Shown here piece by piece: positions 1-11,736 of a stretch of DNA of 64,000 bases. Both the position numbers and the translations under genes were made by a program. The notes below the pieces were generated by a model. The model was given only the letters and a program-made list of their open reading frames with translations, was not told the origin of the DNA and did not search any database. Position 1 is the stretch's first letter. Every line of letters starts with the position of its first letter. Origin of the DNA: Eledone cirrhosa (lineage: Eukaryota); the NCBI GenBank assembly GCA_964016885.1, contig OZ024746.1, positions 91,388,001 to 91,452,000 of the forward strand, given 5' to 3'.

Positions 1-173
1 ACCAATATCTGATCCCTCACAAAAGATGTACAATAGCAACTGGCAGATGGCAGTAAAAACTGGAATCTTTCAGAAAAATATTTACCTGGATTTTTATTTA
101 AATTATTTAAATATTTGTTGTTGTTGTTATTGTTGCTGATGTTGTTAAATGTGCTCCAAGATCCATAATAATG

Positions 174-372
174 GTTTCTTATATAGGCACAAGGCCAGCA
201 ATTTGGGGGAAGGGGAAAGTCAATTAAATCGACGCCAGTATATTACTGGTACTTTATTTTATTGAAAGGCAAAGCTAACCTCAGCAAGATTTGAACTCAG
301 AATGTAAAGGGCCTTAACTCTATGCCACAAAGCATGGTGTCTGACACTACCGATTCTGCCAATCCACCGCCC
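174..372 (-). mobile_element. tRNA-derived SINE family A copy
   Basis: Reverse complement of the GGGCGGTGGATTGGCAG...GAGTTCAAATC...CTTTGCCTTTC...GGCCTTGTGCC consensus seen more than 15 times in the window. A second partial copy follows at ~378-550. Confidence 0.8.
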
Positions 373-589
373 TAATAACTGATTTAGGTGCAAGGTCAAC
401 AATTTTGGGTGAAAGGGAAAGTTGATTAAATTTTCCCCAGTACTGGTACTTTATTCTTCTATCAACTCTGTAATGATGAAAGGCAAAGCTAACATTGGTA
501 GGATTTGAACTCAGGACGTAAAGGGACATAACTATATGCCACAAAGCATTTCACCTATTTCACCTTTTATTTTGTTCAGTTTATCTTTT

Positions 590-800
590 CTTATCTTCTC
601 TCTTTCTCTTCCCTCTTCCTCCCTCTCTCTTTCTCTCCCCCTCACTCCTCTTCCTTCCTCTCTCCTTCTCTGCTCCTCCCTCCTCTTCCTCCCTCTCTCC
701 TTCTCTGCTCCTCCCTCCTCTTCCTCCCTCTCTCCCCCTCCCATTCTTCCTCACTCTCTCCCCCTCCCATTCTTCCTCACTCTCTCTTCCTCTCCCTCTC
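590..800. repeat. CT-rich polypyrimidine low-complexity tract
   Basis: Degenerate (CT)n/(CCT)n sequence. Confidence 0.9.
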
Positions 801-934
801 ATTCTTTGTTTCTTTTATTTTTTCTCCATTGCTTATCTTCTATTATATTATATTCTATTATATTCTATCTTGTCCTTGTTGCTAGATGTATTATATCCTG
901 TCTTTGTTGCTAAGATGTATAAACCAGCTTCAGT

Positions 935-1072
935 TTAGTCCTTCCTTAATAGTTGACATTCCATCCTTGATTCATCTTCAGGATGACTCGAGTCAGATTC
1001 TTCTCTGTTTCTTAGATTAACCTCTGTCAAATCAGGCAACCAAAGATAGCTTTCAGCATGAAGTGGTTCTTC
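935..1072 (-). CDS. possible terminal coding exon (unassigned)
   Basis: AG acceptor after a T-rich stretch, then open frame EEPLHAESYLWLPDLTEVNLRNREESDSSHPEDESRMECQLLRKD* in non-repetitive sequence. No homology recognised. Confidence 0.2.
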   Translation of the reverse strand, partial: EEPLHAESYLWLPDLTEVNLRNREESDSSHPEDESRMECQLLRKD

Positions 1073-1454
1073 CTATCATTGGAAATATCACAGACAAACC
1101 ATCTACTCACAACAAACATCAGTCACGAACTAATCCTAACAGAGGCTAACTTATCCCTGACCTTTTCTTTGGACTCTCTCTCTCTCTCTAGCAAGTCTGA
1201 GTTATTTGTAGGAGATGACTTTTAATGGTGAACTACAACAGAATAAATAGTTGAGCAGATCAAGTGGTATGGCTGTATGGTACTTAGATTTGAACCAGAT
1301 ATTTCTGGGTAATCTCCTACACACAGTCTGGTATTATGGCCAAATAGTGTGTCACCATAGGGTCAGGTTGCTTTGGGAGTGAAATTGGGTTGACAGAAGC
1401 CTATCAGAATGTAGTGCGTGTGTTTTTGCGTTTACACACACACACATATATATA

Positions 1455-1628
1455 CAGTTGTCCCCGGTATTTGTGCGGGGTTACATGCCTAGAGCACTTG
1501 CGAAGAGTGAAAAACCGCGAATATTGGATATGGTTCATAAAAATGCCTATAAACGTCAAAACATAATGTAAAATATAGGCTGGAAAATTCGGCAAATAAC
1601 TGAGACCACGAATGCCAAGAGTACATTG
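1455..1628. mobile_element. Tigger/pogo-like MITE remnant
   Basis: Left end TA|CAGTTGTCCCCGGTATTTGTGCGG resembles Tigger-type termini. Decayed right end CCACGAATGCCAAGAGTACATTG. Confidence 0.4.
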
Positions 1629-1640
1629 TGTATATATGTA

Positions 1641-1671
<31 letters not shown>

Positions 1672-1701
1672 TAGTTTTGCGAGGTTTTTTATATGAAATC
1701 G

Positions 1702-2140
1702 TGTTATACTTGGGGAGGGTCATATTTGTGTAATATTGCCAGAATTAATAACAGAACACACTCACTGTTTGGTTGGTTTTTGGGGTTTTTTTTTCGCTTC
1801 TCGCTGTCTTTTATATCGGTAATCTAAATTACTCGGTCCTCAATGTTGCCATTGACTGACCGACGGTCAAAAATAATACAGATACAATATAGACACAAAC
1901 ACATATATATAGTTTATCATATGGTTGATAAACTATATATATGTGTTTGTGTCTATATTGTATCTGTATTATTTTTGACCGTCGGTCAGTCAATGGCAAC
2001 ATTGAGGACCGAGTAAATTAGATTACCGATATAAAAGACAGCGAGAAGCGAAAAAAAAACCCCAAAAAACCAACCAAACAGTGAGTGTGTTCTGTTATTA
2101 ATTCTGGCAATATTACACAAATATGACCCTCCCCAAGTAT

Positions 2141-2144
<4 letters not shown>
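1702..2144. mobile_element. ~218-bp-arm palindrome of the ribozyme-element (family H1) 3' segment
   Basis: Arms 1702-1919 and 1926-2144 are near-perfect reverse complements (about 1 substitution, 1 indel) around spacer TATGGT. Homologous to 19887-20060 and 45956-46145. Flanked by (TA)n. Confidence 0.85.
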
Positions 2145-2179
<35 letters not shown>

Positions 2180-2266
2180 GTATGTATGTAAACAGAAATA
2201 ACAACACAATCGGTATAGTATATGGAAGGTATATATTAGGTTAACGCTTGATATAGCAGGAAGAGG

Positions 2267-2304
2267 GTCTTAACGTTTCGGATGCTAGTCTTTCATCAAA
2301 AGAA
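2267..2304 (-). ncRNA. decayed minimal hammerhead ribozyme (family H3)
   Basis: RC: TCTT-TTGATGA-A-AGAC TAGC ATCC-GAAA-CG-TT-AAGAC, with a C3->U change in the core. Homologous to 5342-5378 including downstream sequence. Confidence 0.55.
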
Positions 2305-2396
2305 AGAATGAAAAATAAAATAGATTAAGGGGACGGGCAGGATGGAATTGGAAAAAATGTCTTTAGATAAAAATAATAGGTCCATTCATATATATA

Positions 2397-4892
2397 TCAT
2401 CATCATCATCGTTTAACGTCCATCTTCCATGCTTGCATGGGTTTGGACGGGAGTTTTCCCACTTGAGGCAAGATTTGTTGTCTTGCTCGCATAGAACTGT
2501 CTGGCGGGTTTTCTACGGCTGGATGCCCTTCCTAACACCAACCACGTTTACAGTGTGGACTGGGAGGTTTTTACCGTGTTACCTACACGGCCACATTACA
2601 GCGTGGACAGTGTGTTTTTTGTCGTGACACCTACACGACCTCATTTGTTTCGGACTGGATGATGTGGTACCAACATAACTTTACATTGAAAGGGGTGGTG
2701 TGGATGGGGTGGGGGTAGTGGGACGGAGGTGTATTTTGTTAGAGGTGCCTACTGACTGTAGTAGGTTTCACTTTGTACTTAAGTAAGGCGGGTCTTCTGT
2801 ATTACTGTGTAGCGCCAAAGATCTCGGTCCAGTGACATTGTCTTGGAGAGGTGTAAGTATGTGAGGTCGGAATTTATCAAGTCGTCCCAGGTTTTTCTGG
2901 GTCTACCTACTCCGTGGCTACCGTCTATTTTTATTGCCCTGCACTTTTTTATACAGCTGTCGTCTTTCATGCGCATCACGTGACCATACCAATGTAGTCT
3001 TCTCTTGAGTAAACAACATCTGATCACTCTTATTTCTAATTTTTCCCTTAGTTCGTTTATGCTTTGCCGTTCACGTGTATTACTATTACACATCCAGCGG
3101 AGCATGCAAGCTTCGTTCCTCTCCAGTCTGTATATCCTCTGCACACAATGCCCAGGTCTCACTGCCATGTAACATTGCTGTTCGTATGCAGGCATCACAC
3201 AGCCTACCTTACATTTTTAGAGAGAACCCTTTAGCGGCTAATAGTGGTATAAGCTCTCTGAACTTTTTCCATCCAGTTCTGACTCTAGCTACTGTACTTT
3301 CAGAGCACCCTCCACCACTGCTGATTTTGTCACCCAAGTAACAGAAGGTGTCCATTATTTCTATAGAACTATCTGTGCAATGGAATGAGCTAGTATTCTG
3401 TGGGCACTTGCTGCTACTTATTGCACCAGAGCACCGGCCACATATAAAATCTATATTCTTAGTTAGCTTACCTGTGATCCCACTACATCTTTTATGCACC
3501 AATACTTTGCATTTGGGACATAAAATGGAGTTTCTGCCTACTCCTTTCCTACACACTGAGCATGGCCATTTCCCAGATGGGACCGGTGCCCTATTTTCCT
3601 TCCTACAAACTAGAACTTTAGTCTTAGACAGGTTAATTTTAAGGCCTTTTGATTCTAGGCCATACTTCCATTTTTGGAATTTCTTCTCTAGTTCAGCCAT
3701 TGATTCAGCTATGAGCGTTAGATCATCTGCGTATAGGAATTCCCATGGGCAGCCGGTCTTGAACTCCTCTGTTATAGCCTGAAGGGCAATGATAAATAGT
3801 AGGGGGATAAGAATGGAGCCTTGATGGATGCCAACTTTTACGCTAAACTCTTCACTATGTTCGTTGTTAATTCTAACCTTGCTGACTGTTTCTTTATACA
3901 TGGCTTGTATAGCTCTCACAAGCCATTCATCAACACCTAGTTATCTAAGAGCCCACCAGATAATGGAACGGGGGACTCTGTCAAAGGCTTTCTCCAAGTC
4001 GACAAAAGCTAAGTATAGGAGTTTACTTTTAGCTAGGTACTTCTCCTGTAGTTGTCGTACAATGAAAAGAGCATCTGTGGTACTTTTACCTGACACAAAC
4101 CCGAACTGCATTTCATGTAGATCAATTTGCTCTCTGATTATTACTTTTTCTGTGACCTTCATGACCTGGTCGATTAATTTAATGCCTCTATAGTTACCCC
4201 TATCTAGGGCATCTCTTTTACCCTTGTAGCAGTTAATGATGATGCTGCTACGCTAGTCCTTCAGAACAACCCCATTCTGTATGACTTGGTTTACTATCCG
4301 GGTGACCATAGTGTGTCCCACCGTTCCAGAAGCTTTCAGCATTTCAGCAACTATTTCCGAAGGCCCAGCCGCCTTACCCGTCTTCATATCTTTAATTGCC
4401 TTACTTATTATACTACCTTTGACTAACACAGCTGGTCCCTCTATTGGATCGATGTGGGGGAGACTGTCTTTCTCCCATTTATTCTCCTCATTTAGTAGCC
4501 TTTCGTAGTGACACTTCCAAGCTACCTTCTTATCAGCATCAGTGATGGCAAGTACACCATCATCGTTAAGGACACACTTCTCCCCAACAATATCACGGTT
4601 TTCCTTGACACATTGCTTAGCAATCCTGAACACCTCACATTTTTGGTCCTCGCGTTGTAGAACATGCTTGAACTTTCTTTCCTCTGCTTCCCTTCTTGCG
4701 AAGTACATTTGTCTCCTAGATTCCCTCCTGGCCACTTGATAGTCTTCTCTACTTCCCCCATCCTACCATACTTTCCAAGCCTGCTTTCTGGCCTTAATTG
4801 ACTCCTCCACCTTACTGTTCCACCACCACGTTACTCTCCTCCTGCCTATAGGCCTGCTCCAGCCACAGTCTTCATCTGACGCCATCAGCAGG
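2397..4892 (-). mobile_element. 5'-truncated RTE-clade LINE
   Basis: Broken ORF with TWWWN, QFGF..GKSTTDA, FVDLEKAFDRVPR, VGIHQGS, LYADD, YLG and RLHWYGHVMRM/GRPRKTW motifs. ~380-bp 3' UTR ending in (GAT)n at ~2397-2410. Confidence 0.95.
2779..4890 (-). pseudogene. RTE reverse transcriptase ORF, disrupted (stops/frameshifts)
   Basis: ORF-track pieces 4253-4735, 3941-4162, 3209-3919 and 2779-3198 are colinear parts of one RT polyprotein. The endonuclease domain is missing. Confidence 0.92.
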
Positions 4893-4932
4893 TATATATA
4901 TATATATATCTATATATATATATATATATATA

Positions 4933-5272
4933 TAAGTAGAAGTTATATTTAATTTGTTGGAAGTCCGACAAACATAAATGTTTATAACTGATTTAGAGCA
5001 CTCAACAGATACTGGAGTAAATATTCAATGATATTAAATAAATGGAAACTATATTTATAAAACCATATTTATTTTATTATATATATTTCAAGGGTACCAA
5101 GACAACATTGGTAGTCACTGGATAGTCACTATCCAGTGAATTTCCAACCGATAAGGTATGTTTTTCATGGGTACGTCTCTATTTATAAAACAAACTTTGT
5201 ATTTTATCTGATGAAAGCACACCAATGTTGTCTTGGTTGCCCTTGAAATATATATAATAAAATAAATATGTT
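4933..5272. mobile_element. hammerhead-bearing short element, family H2, inverted arrangement
   Basis: Inverted arms 5064-5112 / 5221-5270. 4933-5085 is the reverse complement of 29900-30055. Abuts (TA)n. Confidence 0.75.
5200..5264 (+). ncRNA. type-I minimal hammerhead ribozyme (intact core)
   Basis: Stem I TATTTTAT/ATAAAATA; core CTGATGA; stem II AAG..ACCAA/TTGGT..CTT; GAAA; stem III T-ATAT-A (palindromic); cleavage triplet AUA after 5256. Confidence 0.8.
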
Positions 5273-5341
5273 TTTCTCATTCTATTTCCTGTTCCTTCCT
5301 CTCATCACTCTTTACTTTCTATTTATCTTCTATTTCTTCTC

Positions 5342-5378
5342 TGTCTTCTGAAGGACTAGTGTCCGAAATGTTAAGACA
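5342..5378 (+). ncRNA. decayed minimal hammerhead ribozyme (family H3)
   Basis: TGTCTT-CTGA(core 3 nt short)A-GGAC TAGT GTCC-GAAA-TG-TT-AAGACA. Stems I and II intact. Confidence 0.55.
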
Positions 5379-6142
5379 CTTTTTCTGCTATTTCAAGCAT
5401 TAAACTAATATATTTCTTCAATGTACTGTCTTGTTTGCTTTGTTATTTCTCTTTACACACACACATATGGTGAATGCCAGTTTATTTTAAGTAACATTCT
5501 CTTTTGATATAATAACTTTTATTGACAGTTTGTTAAAGTGAAGCACATAAAATGAAGTGTAATTCTAAAATACAGTGAAATGTCTGCTGTGGATTGGAAG
5601 AGGTAAAAAAAAGACAAGAAAACAAATCTGTAATCTGTTCAACATTATATCTACTTATGCGGTCCTGTTGTGGTTTCATCAATATATAAGTGGTAGCCTC
5701 TGTTATATCTTCTCTAATAAGGTAACACATGACAAGTTTATACATGAGCTGTTTTCACTCTATTCTTATTCTTCCATCTTTCTAAATTATCAGATAAACT
5801 AATTTGACAATAATCCTATATAGAGAACTGCCAAAAAGTAACACTGAGATTTTTCTCTTTCGATATTGTGAGTCCTTCTTTCCAACAAGGAAACCTGGTT
5901 TTAATTCATTGTTGTATGTAGAATAGATTTGTTTAGTTAGTGGTGTCTGTTTTGGCAGAATGTTAGCTTTTTCTTGTGGTTTATTGTTCAGCAAGTTTCA
6001 GACAATAACCTTTGTTCACAGATTTGACCTGGCAAATATTTTCACATCAAATTTTCTGTTTATTCTTTCATTCCTAAAATCTTTTGTTGTGGAGATGGCA
6101 TGGTCGAATGATTCTGCAGTTCCCTTCAAAAACATTAGATCC

Positions 6143-9112
6143 TGAGTACAGCTCACATTAGGTCCTGAGTTCACCTCACATTAGGTCCAGAGTTCACCTC
6201 ATATTAGGTCTAGAGTTCACCTCATATTAGGTCCGGAGTTCACCTCACATTAGGTCCGGAGTTCACCTCACATTAGGTCCGGAGTTCAACTCACATTAGG
6301 TCCAGAGTTCACCTCCTGAGTTCACCTCACATTAGTTCTGGAGTTCACCTCACATTAGTTCTGGAGTTCACCTCACATTAGTTCTGGAGTTCACCTCACA
6401 TTAGTTCTGGAGTTCACCTCACATTAGGTCCCGAGTTCACCTCACATTGGGTCCCGAGTTCACCTCCTGAGTTCACCTCACATTAGGTCCTGAGTTCACC
6501 TCACATTAGGTCTGGAGTTCACCTCACATTAGGTCTGGAGTTCACCTCACATTAGGTCTGTGGTTCACTTCACATTAGGTCCCGAGTTCACCTCACACTA
6601 GGTCCGGTGTTAACCTCACATTAGGTCTGGAGTTCACCTCACATTAGGTCTGGAGTTCACTCATATTAGGTCCTGAGTTCACCTCACATTAGGTCTGGAG
6701 TTCACCTCACATTAGGTCTGGAGTTCACCTCACATTAGGTCTGTAGTTCACTTCACGTTAGGTCCCGAGTTCACCTCACACTAGGTCCCGAGTTCACCTC
6801 ACACTAGGTCCCGAGTTCACCTCACACTAGGTCCCGAGTTCACCTCACATTACGTCCCGAGTTCACCTCACATTACATCCAGAGTTCACCTCACATTACA
6901 TCCAGAGTTCACCTCACATTAGGTCCCGAGTTCACCTCACATTAGGTCCCGAGTTCACCTCGCATTACGTCCAGAGTTCACCTCACATTAGGTCCGGAGT
7001 TCACCTCACATTAGGTCCGGAGTTCACCTCACATTAGGTCCGGAGTTCACCTGACATTAGGTCCGGAGTTCACCTGACATTAGGTCTCGAGTTCACCTGA
7101 CATTAGGTCCCGAGTTCACCTAACATTAGGTCCCGAGTTCACCTCACATTAGGTTCGGAGTTCACCTCACATTAGGTCCGGAGTTCACCTCACATTAGGT
7201 CCGGAGTTCACCTCACATTAGGTCCGGAGTTCACCTCACATTAGGTCCCGAGTTCACCTCACATTAGGTCCCGAGTTCACCTCACATTAGGTTCGGAGTT
7301 CACCTCACATTAGGTCCGGAGTTCACCTCACATTACGTCCAGAGTTCACCTCACATTAGGTCCGGAGTTCACCTCACATTACGTCCAGAGTTCACCTCAC
7401 ATTAGGTCCGGAGTTCACCTCACATTACGTCCAGAGTTCACCTCACATTAGGTCCCGAGTTCACCTCACATTAGGTCCCGAGTTCACCTCGCATTACGTC
7501 CAGAGTTCACCTCACATTAGGTCCGGAGTTCACCTCACATTAGGTCCGGAGTTCACCTCACATTAGGTCCGGAGTTCACCTCACATTAGGTTCGGAGTTC
7601 ACCTCACATTAGGTCCCGAGTTCACCTCACATTACGTCCAGAGTTCACCTCACATTAGGTCCCGAGTTCACCTCGCATTACGTCCAGAGTTCACCTCACA
7701 TTAGGTCCGGAGTTCACCTCACATTAGGTCCCGAGTTCACCTCACATTAGGTCCGGAGTTCACCTCACATTAGGTCCCGAGTTCACCTCACATTAGGTTC
7801 GGAGTTCACCTCACATTAGGTCCCGAGTTCACCTCACATTAGGTCCCGAGTTCACCTCACATTAGGTCCGGAGTTCACCTCACATTACGTCCAGAGTTCA
7901 CCTCACATTAGGTCCGGAGTTCACCTCACATTACGTCCAGAGTTCACCTCACATTAGGTCCGGAGTTCACCTCACATTACGTCCAGAGTTCACCTCACAT
8001 TAGGTCCGGAGTTCACCTCACATTACGTCCAGAGTTCACCTCACATTAGGTCCGGAGTTCACCTCACATTACGTCCAGAGTTCACCTCACATTAGGTCCG
8101 GAGTTCACCTCACATTACGTCCAGAGTTCACCTCACATTAGGTCCCGAGTTCACCTCGCATTAGGTCCCGAGTTCACCTCACATTAGGTCCGGAGTTCAC
8201 TTCACATTAGGTCCGGAGTTCACCTCACATTAGGTTCGGAGTTCACCTCACATTAGGTCCGGAGTTCACCTCACATTAGGTCCGGAGTTCACCTCACATT
8301 AGGTCCGGAGTTCACCTCACATTAGGTCCGGAGTTCACCTCGCATTAGGTCCGGAGTTCACCTCACATTAGGTTCGGAGTTCACCTCACATTAGGTCTCG
8401 AGTTCACCTTACATTAGGTCCCGAGTTCACCTCACATTAGGTCCCGAGTTCACCTCACATTAGGTCCCGAGTTCACCTCACATTAGGTCCCTAGTTCACC
8501 TCACATTACGTCCCTAGTTCACCTCACATTACGTCCCGAGTTCACCTCACATTACGTCCCGAGTTCACCTCCCATTACGTCCCGAGTTCACCTCACATTA
8601 CGTCCCGAGTTCACCTCCCATTACATCCCGAGTTCACCTCCCATTACATCCCGAGTTCACCTCACATTAGGTCCCGAGTTCACCTCACATTAGGTCCCGA
8701 GTTCACTTCACATTAGGTCCCGAGTTCACTTCACATTAGGTCCCGAGTTCACCTCACATTAGGTCCCGAGTTCACCTCACATTAGGTCCCGAGTTCACCT
8801 CACATTAGGTCCCGAGTTCACCTCACATTAGGTCCCGAGTTCACCTCACATTAGGTCCCGAGTTCACCTCACATTAGGTCTTGAGTTCACCTGACATTAG
8901 GTCTTGAGTTCACCTGACATTAGGTCTTGAGTTCACCTGACATTAGGTCTTGAGTTCACCTGACATTAGGTCTTGAGTTCACCTGACATTAGGTCTTGAG
9001 TTCACCTGACATTAGGTCTTGAGTTCACCTGACATTAGGTCTGGAGTTTACCTCACATTAGTTCTGGATTTCACCTCACATTAGGTCCAGAGTTCACCTC
9101 ACATTAGGTCCA
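6143..9112. repeat. 23-bp minisatellite (~128 copies) inside a CORE-type SINE
   Basis: Unit GAGTTCACCTCACATTAGGTCCN. Followed by SINE body ATCTTGAGCAAGTGTC...CCTTGTGAGTGAAATTTGGTAGACAGAA (9150-9250). Confidence 0.95.
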
Positions 9113-9771
9113 GGGTTTGTTTTACAGTCATTAGGCCTGGAGTTTGTCCACACAGTGTGGTATCTTGAGCAAGTGTCAATTTATCATAGCATCAAGTAGA
9201 CCCTTGTGAGTGAAATTTGGTAGACAGAATCTGAGTGGAAACCTGTCAAATGGACTATAGCTTGTGACACATTGTGTCAAGCTGAATCTCCCTGAGAATT
9301 ACTTTACATATGTCTGTGGAATACTCAACCTCTTATTTTGTTAACCCCGTCTGTTCCATTAACCAAGTTACTAGAATACTTGAAACCGAGGTCCACTCCA
9401 TTATTCTGTTTCAGTCACTCCAGACATGGTACTTTTAACAGTTAACCCTTTACCATTACATTACTCTATATATACTATAGTAACCCTTTACCACTACATT
9501 ACTCTATATATACTATAGTAACCCTTTACTATTACATTACTCTATATATACTATAGTAAACCTTTACTATTACATTACTCTATATATACTATAGTAACCC
9601 TTTACCACTACATTACTCTATATATATACTATAGTAACCCTTTACTATTACATTACTCTATATATACTATAGTAACCCTTTACTATTACATTACTCTATA
9701 TATACTATAGTAACTTTCGTTTCTGAATTTGTTTAGCAAGATTCTTTATCTGAAAACGTGTGTTGAAACCG

Positions 9772-10131
9772 ATATTGTTATGCTTTGGGAGGGTCATGTT
9801 GCCAATAAGAAACACACGCACCAGTTGCTTTCACTTCAATTTATTATAAATTAAATTTATAAACACACACAAAAACAAGATGGCGTAGAACAGAACAAAG
9901 GAGAGGCACAAAAACAAAGAAAATAATCCCCAGTCACTGAAGAGGTCACAGAATGTGTGACGAAAGAACTTTGACAATATATGAACAATCGTCTGGTTGT
10001 GGAACCAACCAGCCAACCGGAAATTTATAAATTCCTAAATTTATAAATTTAATTTATAATAAATTGAAGTGAAAGCAACTGGTGCGTGTGTTTCTTATTG
10101 GCAACATGACCCTCCCAAAGCATAACAATAT
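9772..10131. mobile_element. hammerhead-bearing element family H1b with 92-bp perfect inverted arms
   Basis: Arms 9772-9863 / 10040-10131. The interior is homologous to 49645-49885. Confidence 0.8.
9933..9975 (+). ncRNA. type-I minimal hammerhead ribozyme
   Basis: GTCA-CTGAAGA-G-GTCACA GAATG TGTGAC-GAAA-G AA C-TT-TGAC. Stems I, II and III pair; CUU triplet. Confidence 0.75.
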
Positions 10132-10941
10132 ACTATAGTAACCCTTTACCACTACATTACATATACTATTATATTTTCACAGTTAAGGTTTTACCTCACA
10201 TAATTATCTCACTTAATATCGAATCTATGAGATTTTGATATTATTTATTTTGAGAACAATACCTTAACATCAGTATGAGTGGCTAATTACAGCCGGTTTG
10301 AACAGAAAGAGGTGAGAGAATTCTGGCCAGATAGGGCCGGTTTAAATGCTAAAGTGTTAAGTTGATTATATTGATCCCAGTTCTTATTTCAATTGATTAC
10401 GTACTAATTTTATTGATTTCCATTTGTCAGACTGCTTAAATAGAAAGACACACAGCGTAAACAATACTAGTTTTTTTTCTAAGACTGGCATAAACATAAA
10501 CACACACAGTTGCTCTCTCTCTCTCACACACACATACACACACTCTCACACACACACATACACACACTCTCACACACACATATATACACTTCAACACACG
10601 TATATACACTCACACATACATATTATACTCTCTTTCACACACACTTCTGCCTAGTCTCCATCATCTCGCTGGATATTGGTCAACCTAACGCTATAGATAC
10701 TCCCTCAGACATGTATCGAATTCTATATTATCCTATATGGCTTTCCTTTTTTGGAGACACTAAGTCTTCATTTGACATCAGTTTGGTTACCATTTCCAAG
10801 AGGTTAAAACACCGAAGCTTCCCTAGTTACTGTTCTGTTCTACTGAAATGGAAATATTTCTTTCAGCAATTTAACAGAAATCTAAGGTTTATACTCAGAA
10901 TGTTAGAACAAACCTTTTCAGTTAGGACTTTAGGTTTTTTT

Positions 10942-11379
10942 TTTACCCTTTAGCATTGGAACCGGGCATATCCAGCCAGAATTCCCTCACCTCTTTCTTT
11001 TCAAACCACCTGTAACTGGTCACTCATACTGACATTAAGGTATTGTTCTCAAAATAACAGCATCAAAATCTCGTTGGTTCCATATTATGTTAGGTAAAGC
11101 CTTTACCATGAAAATATAATAGTAATGTTAAAAGGTTAAAGTTAGGTAGGTTTTTATTCAACCCTTTTATTGAAACATTTAAACCAGTCATATCCGTCCA
11201 GAATTCTTTCACCCTTTGCTGTTCAAACCAGCTGTAACTGGCCAATCATACTGGCATTAAGGTATTGTTCTCAAAATAAATATCATCATCATCAAAATAT
11301 CGTTGATTCGATATTATGTGAGATAAAGCCTTTACCATGAAAATACAATTGTAGAGTAATGCAAATGTTAAAGGGTTAA
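10942..11379 (-). mobile_element. two adjacent M1 MITE copies
   Basis: ACCCTTTAGCATT...AAAGGTTAA (10942-11139) and ACCCTTTT...AAAGGGTTAA (11158-11379) with M1 internal sequence. Confidence 0.75.
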
Positions 11380-11547
11380 ATATGATTTCTACCATAAAAC
11401 ACAAGACCAGAATTTTGTAGAAAGGAACAGTCAATGATATTAACTTGAGTACTTGACTTTATTTGATTGATTCTGGAACGATGATCTTGGTGTGGTTTTA
11501 ATTTGGATTTTTTGTCTGATGCTCCAACAAATATTTTCAGCAGCTAT

Positions 11548-11736
11548 TTAACCCTTTCAATATCAACATAGCTAAAACCAGCTCTAGTTCTATGAAATGA
11601 AACCTTCCATGTTAAAGGGTTCCTATTTAAATTAAAATCTTCCAACATGATTTTATATAAGAACCAAATGTTAAGTTACTATATTGGTAGTGAAATACAG
11701 AATATTTCATTAGAAAAATAGTCATGAAAAGGTTTT
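11548..11736 (+). mobile_element. TTAA/CCCTTT MITE family M2
   Basis: TTAACCCTTT...AAAACCAGCTCTAGTTCTATGAAAT. Homologous to 40095-40337 and 56112-56350. Confidence 0.6.

Larger units (their letters stand above)
9442..10360 (+). mobile_element. TTAA/CCCTTT MITE family M1 with amplified left end and nested ribozyme element
   Basis: Starts TTAACCCTTTACC, then a 38-bp unit x~7 (9444-9715), an insertion at ~9717-10131, then M1 body ending TAAATGCTAAAGTGTTAA. Confidence 0.75.

Noticed and set aside
6143-9112. CRISPR-like regular repeats (also 22563-25930, 31177-31822)
   Set aside because: No unique spacers, no cas genes, eukaryotic context
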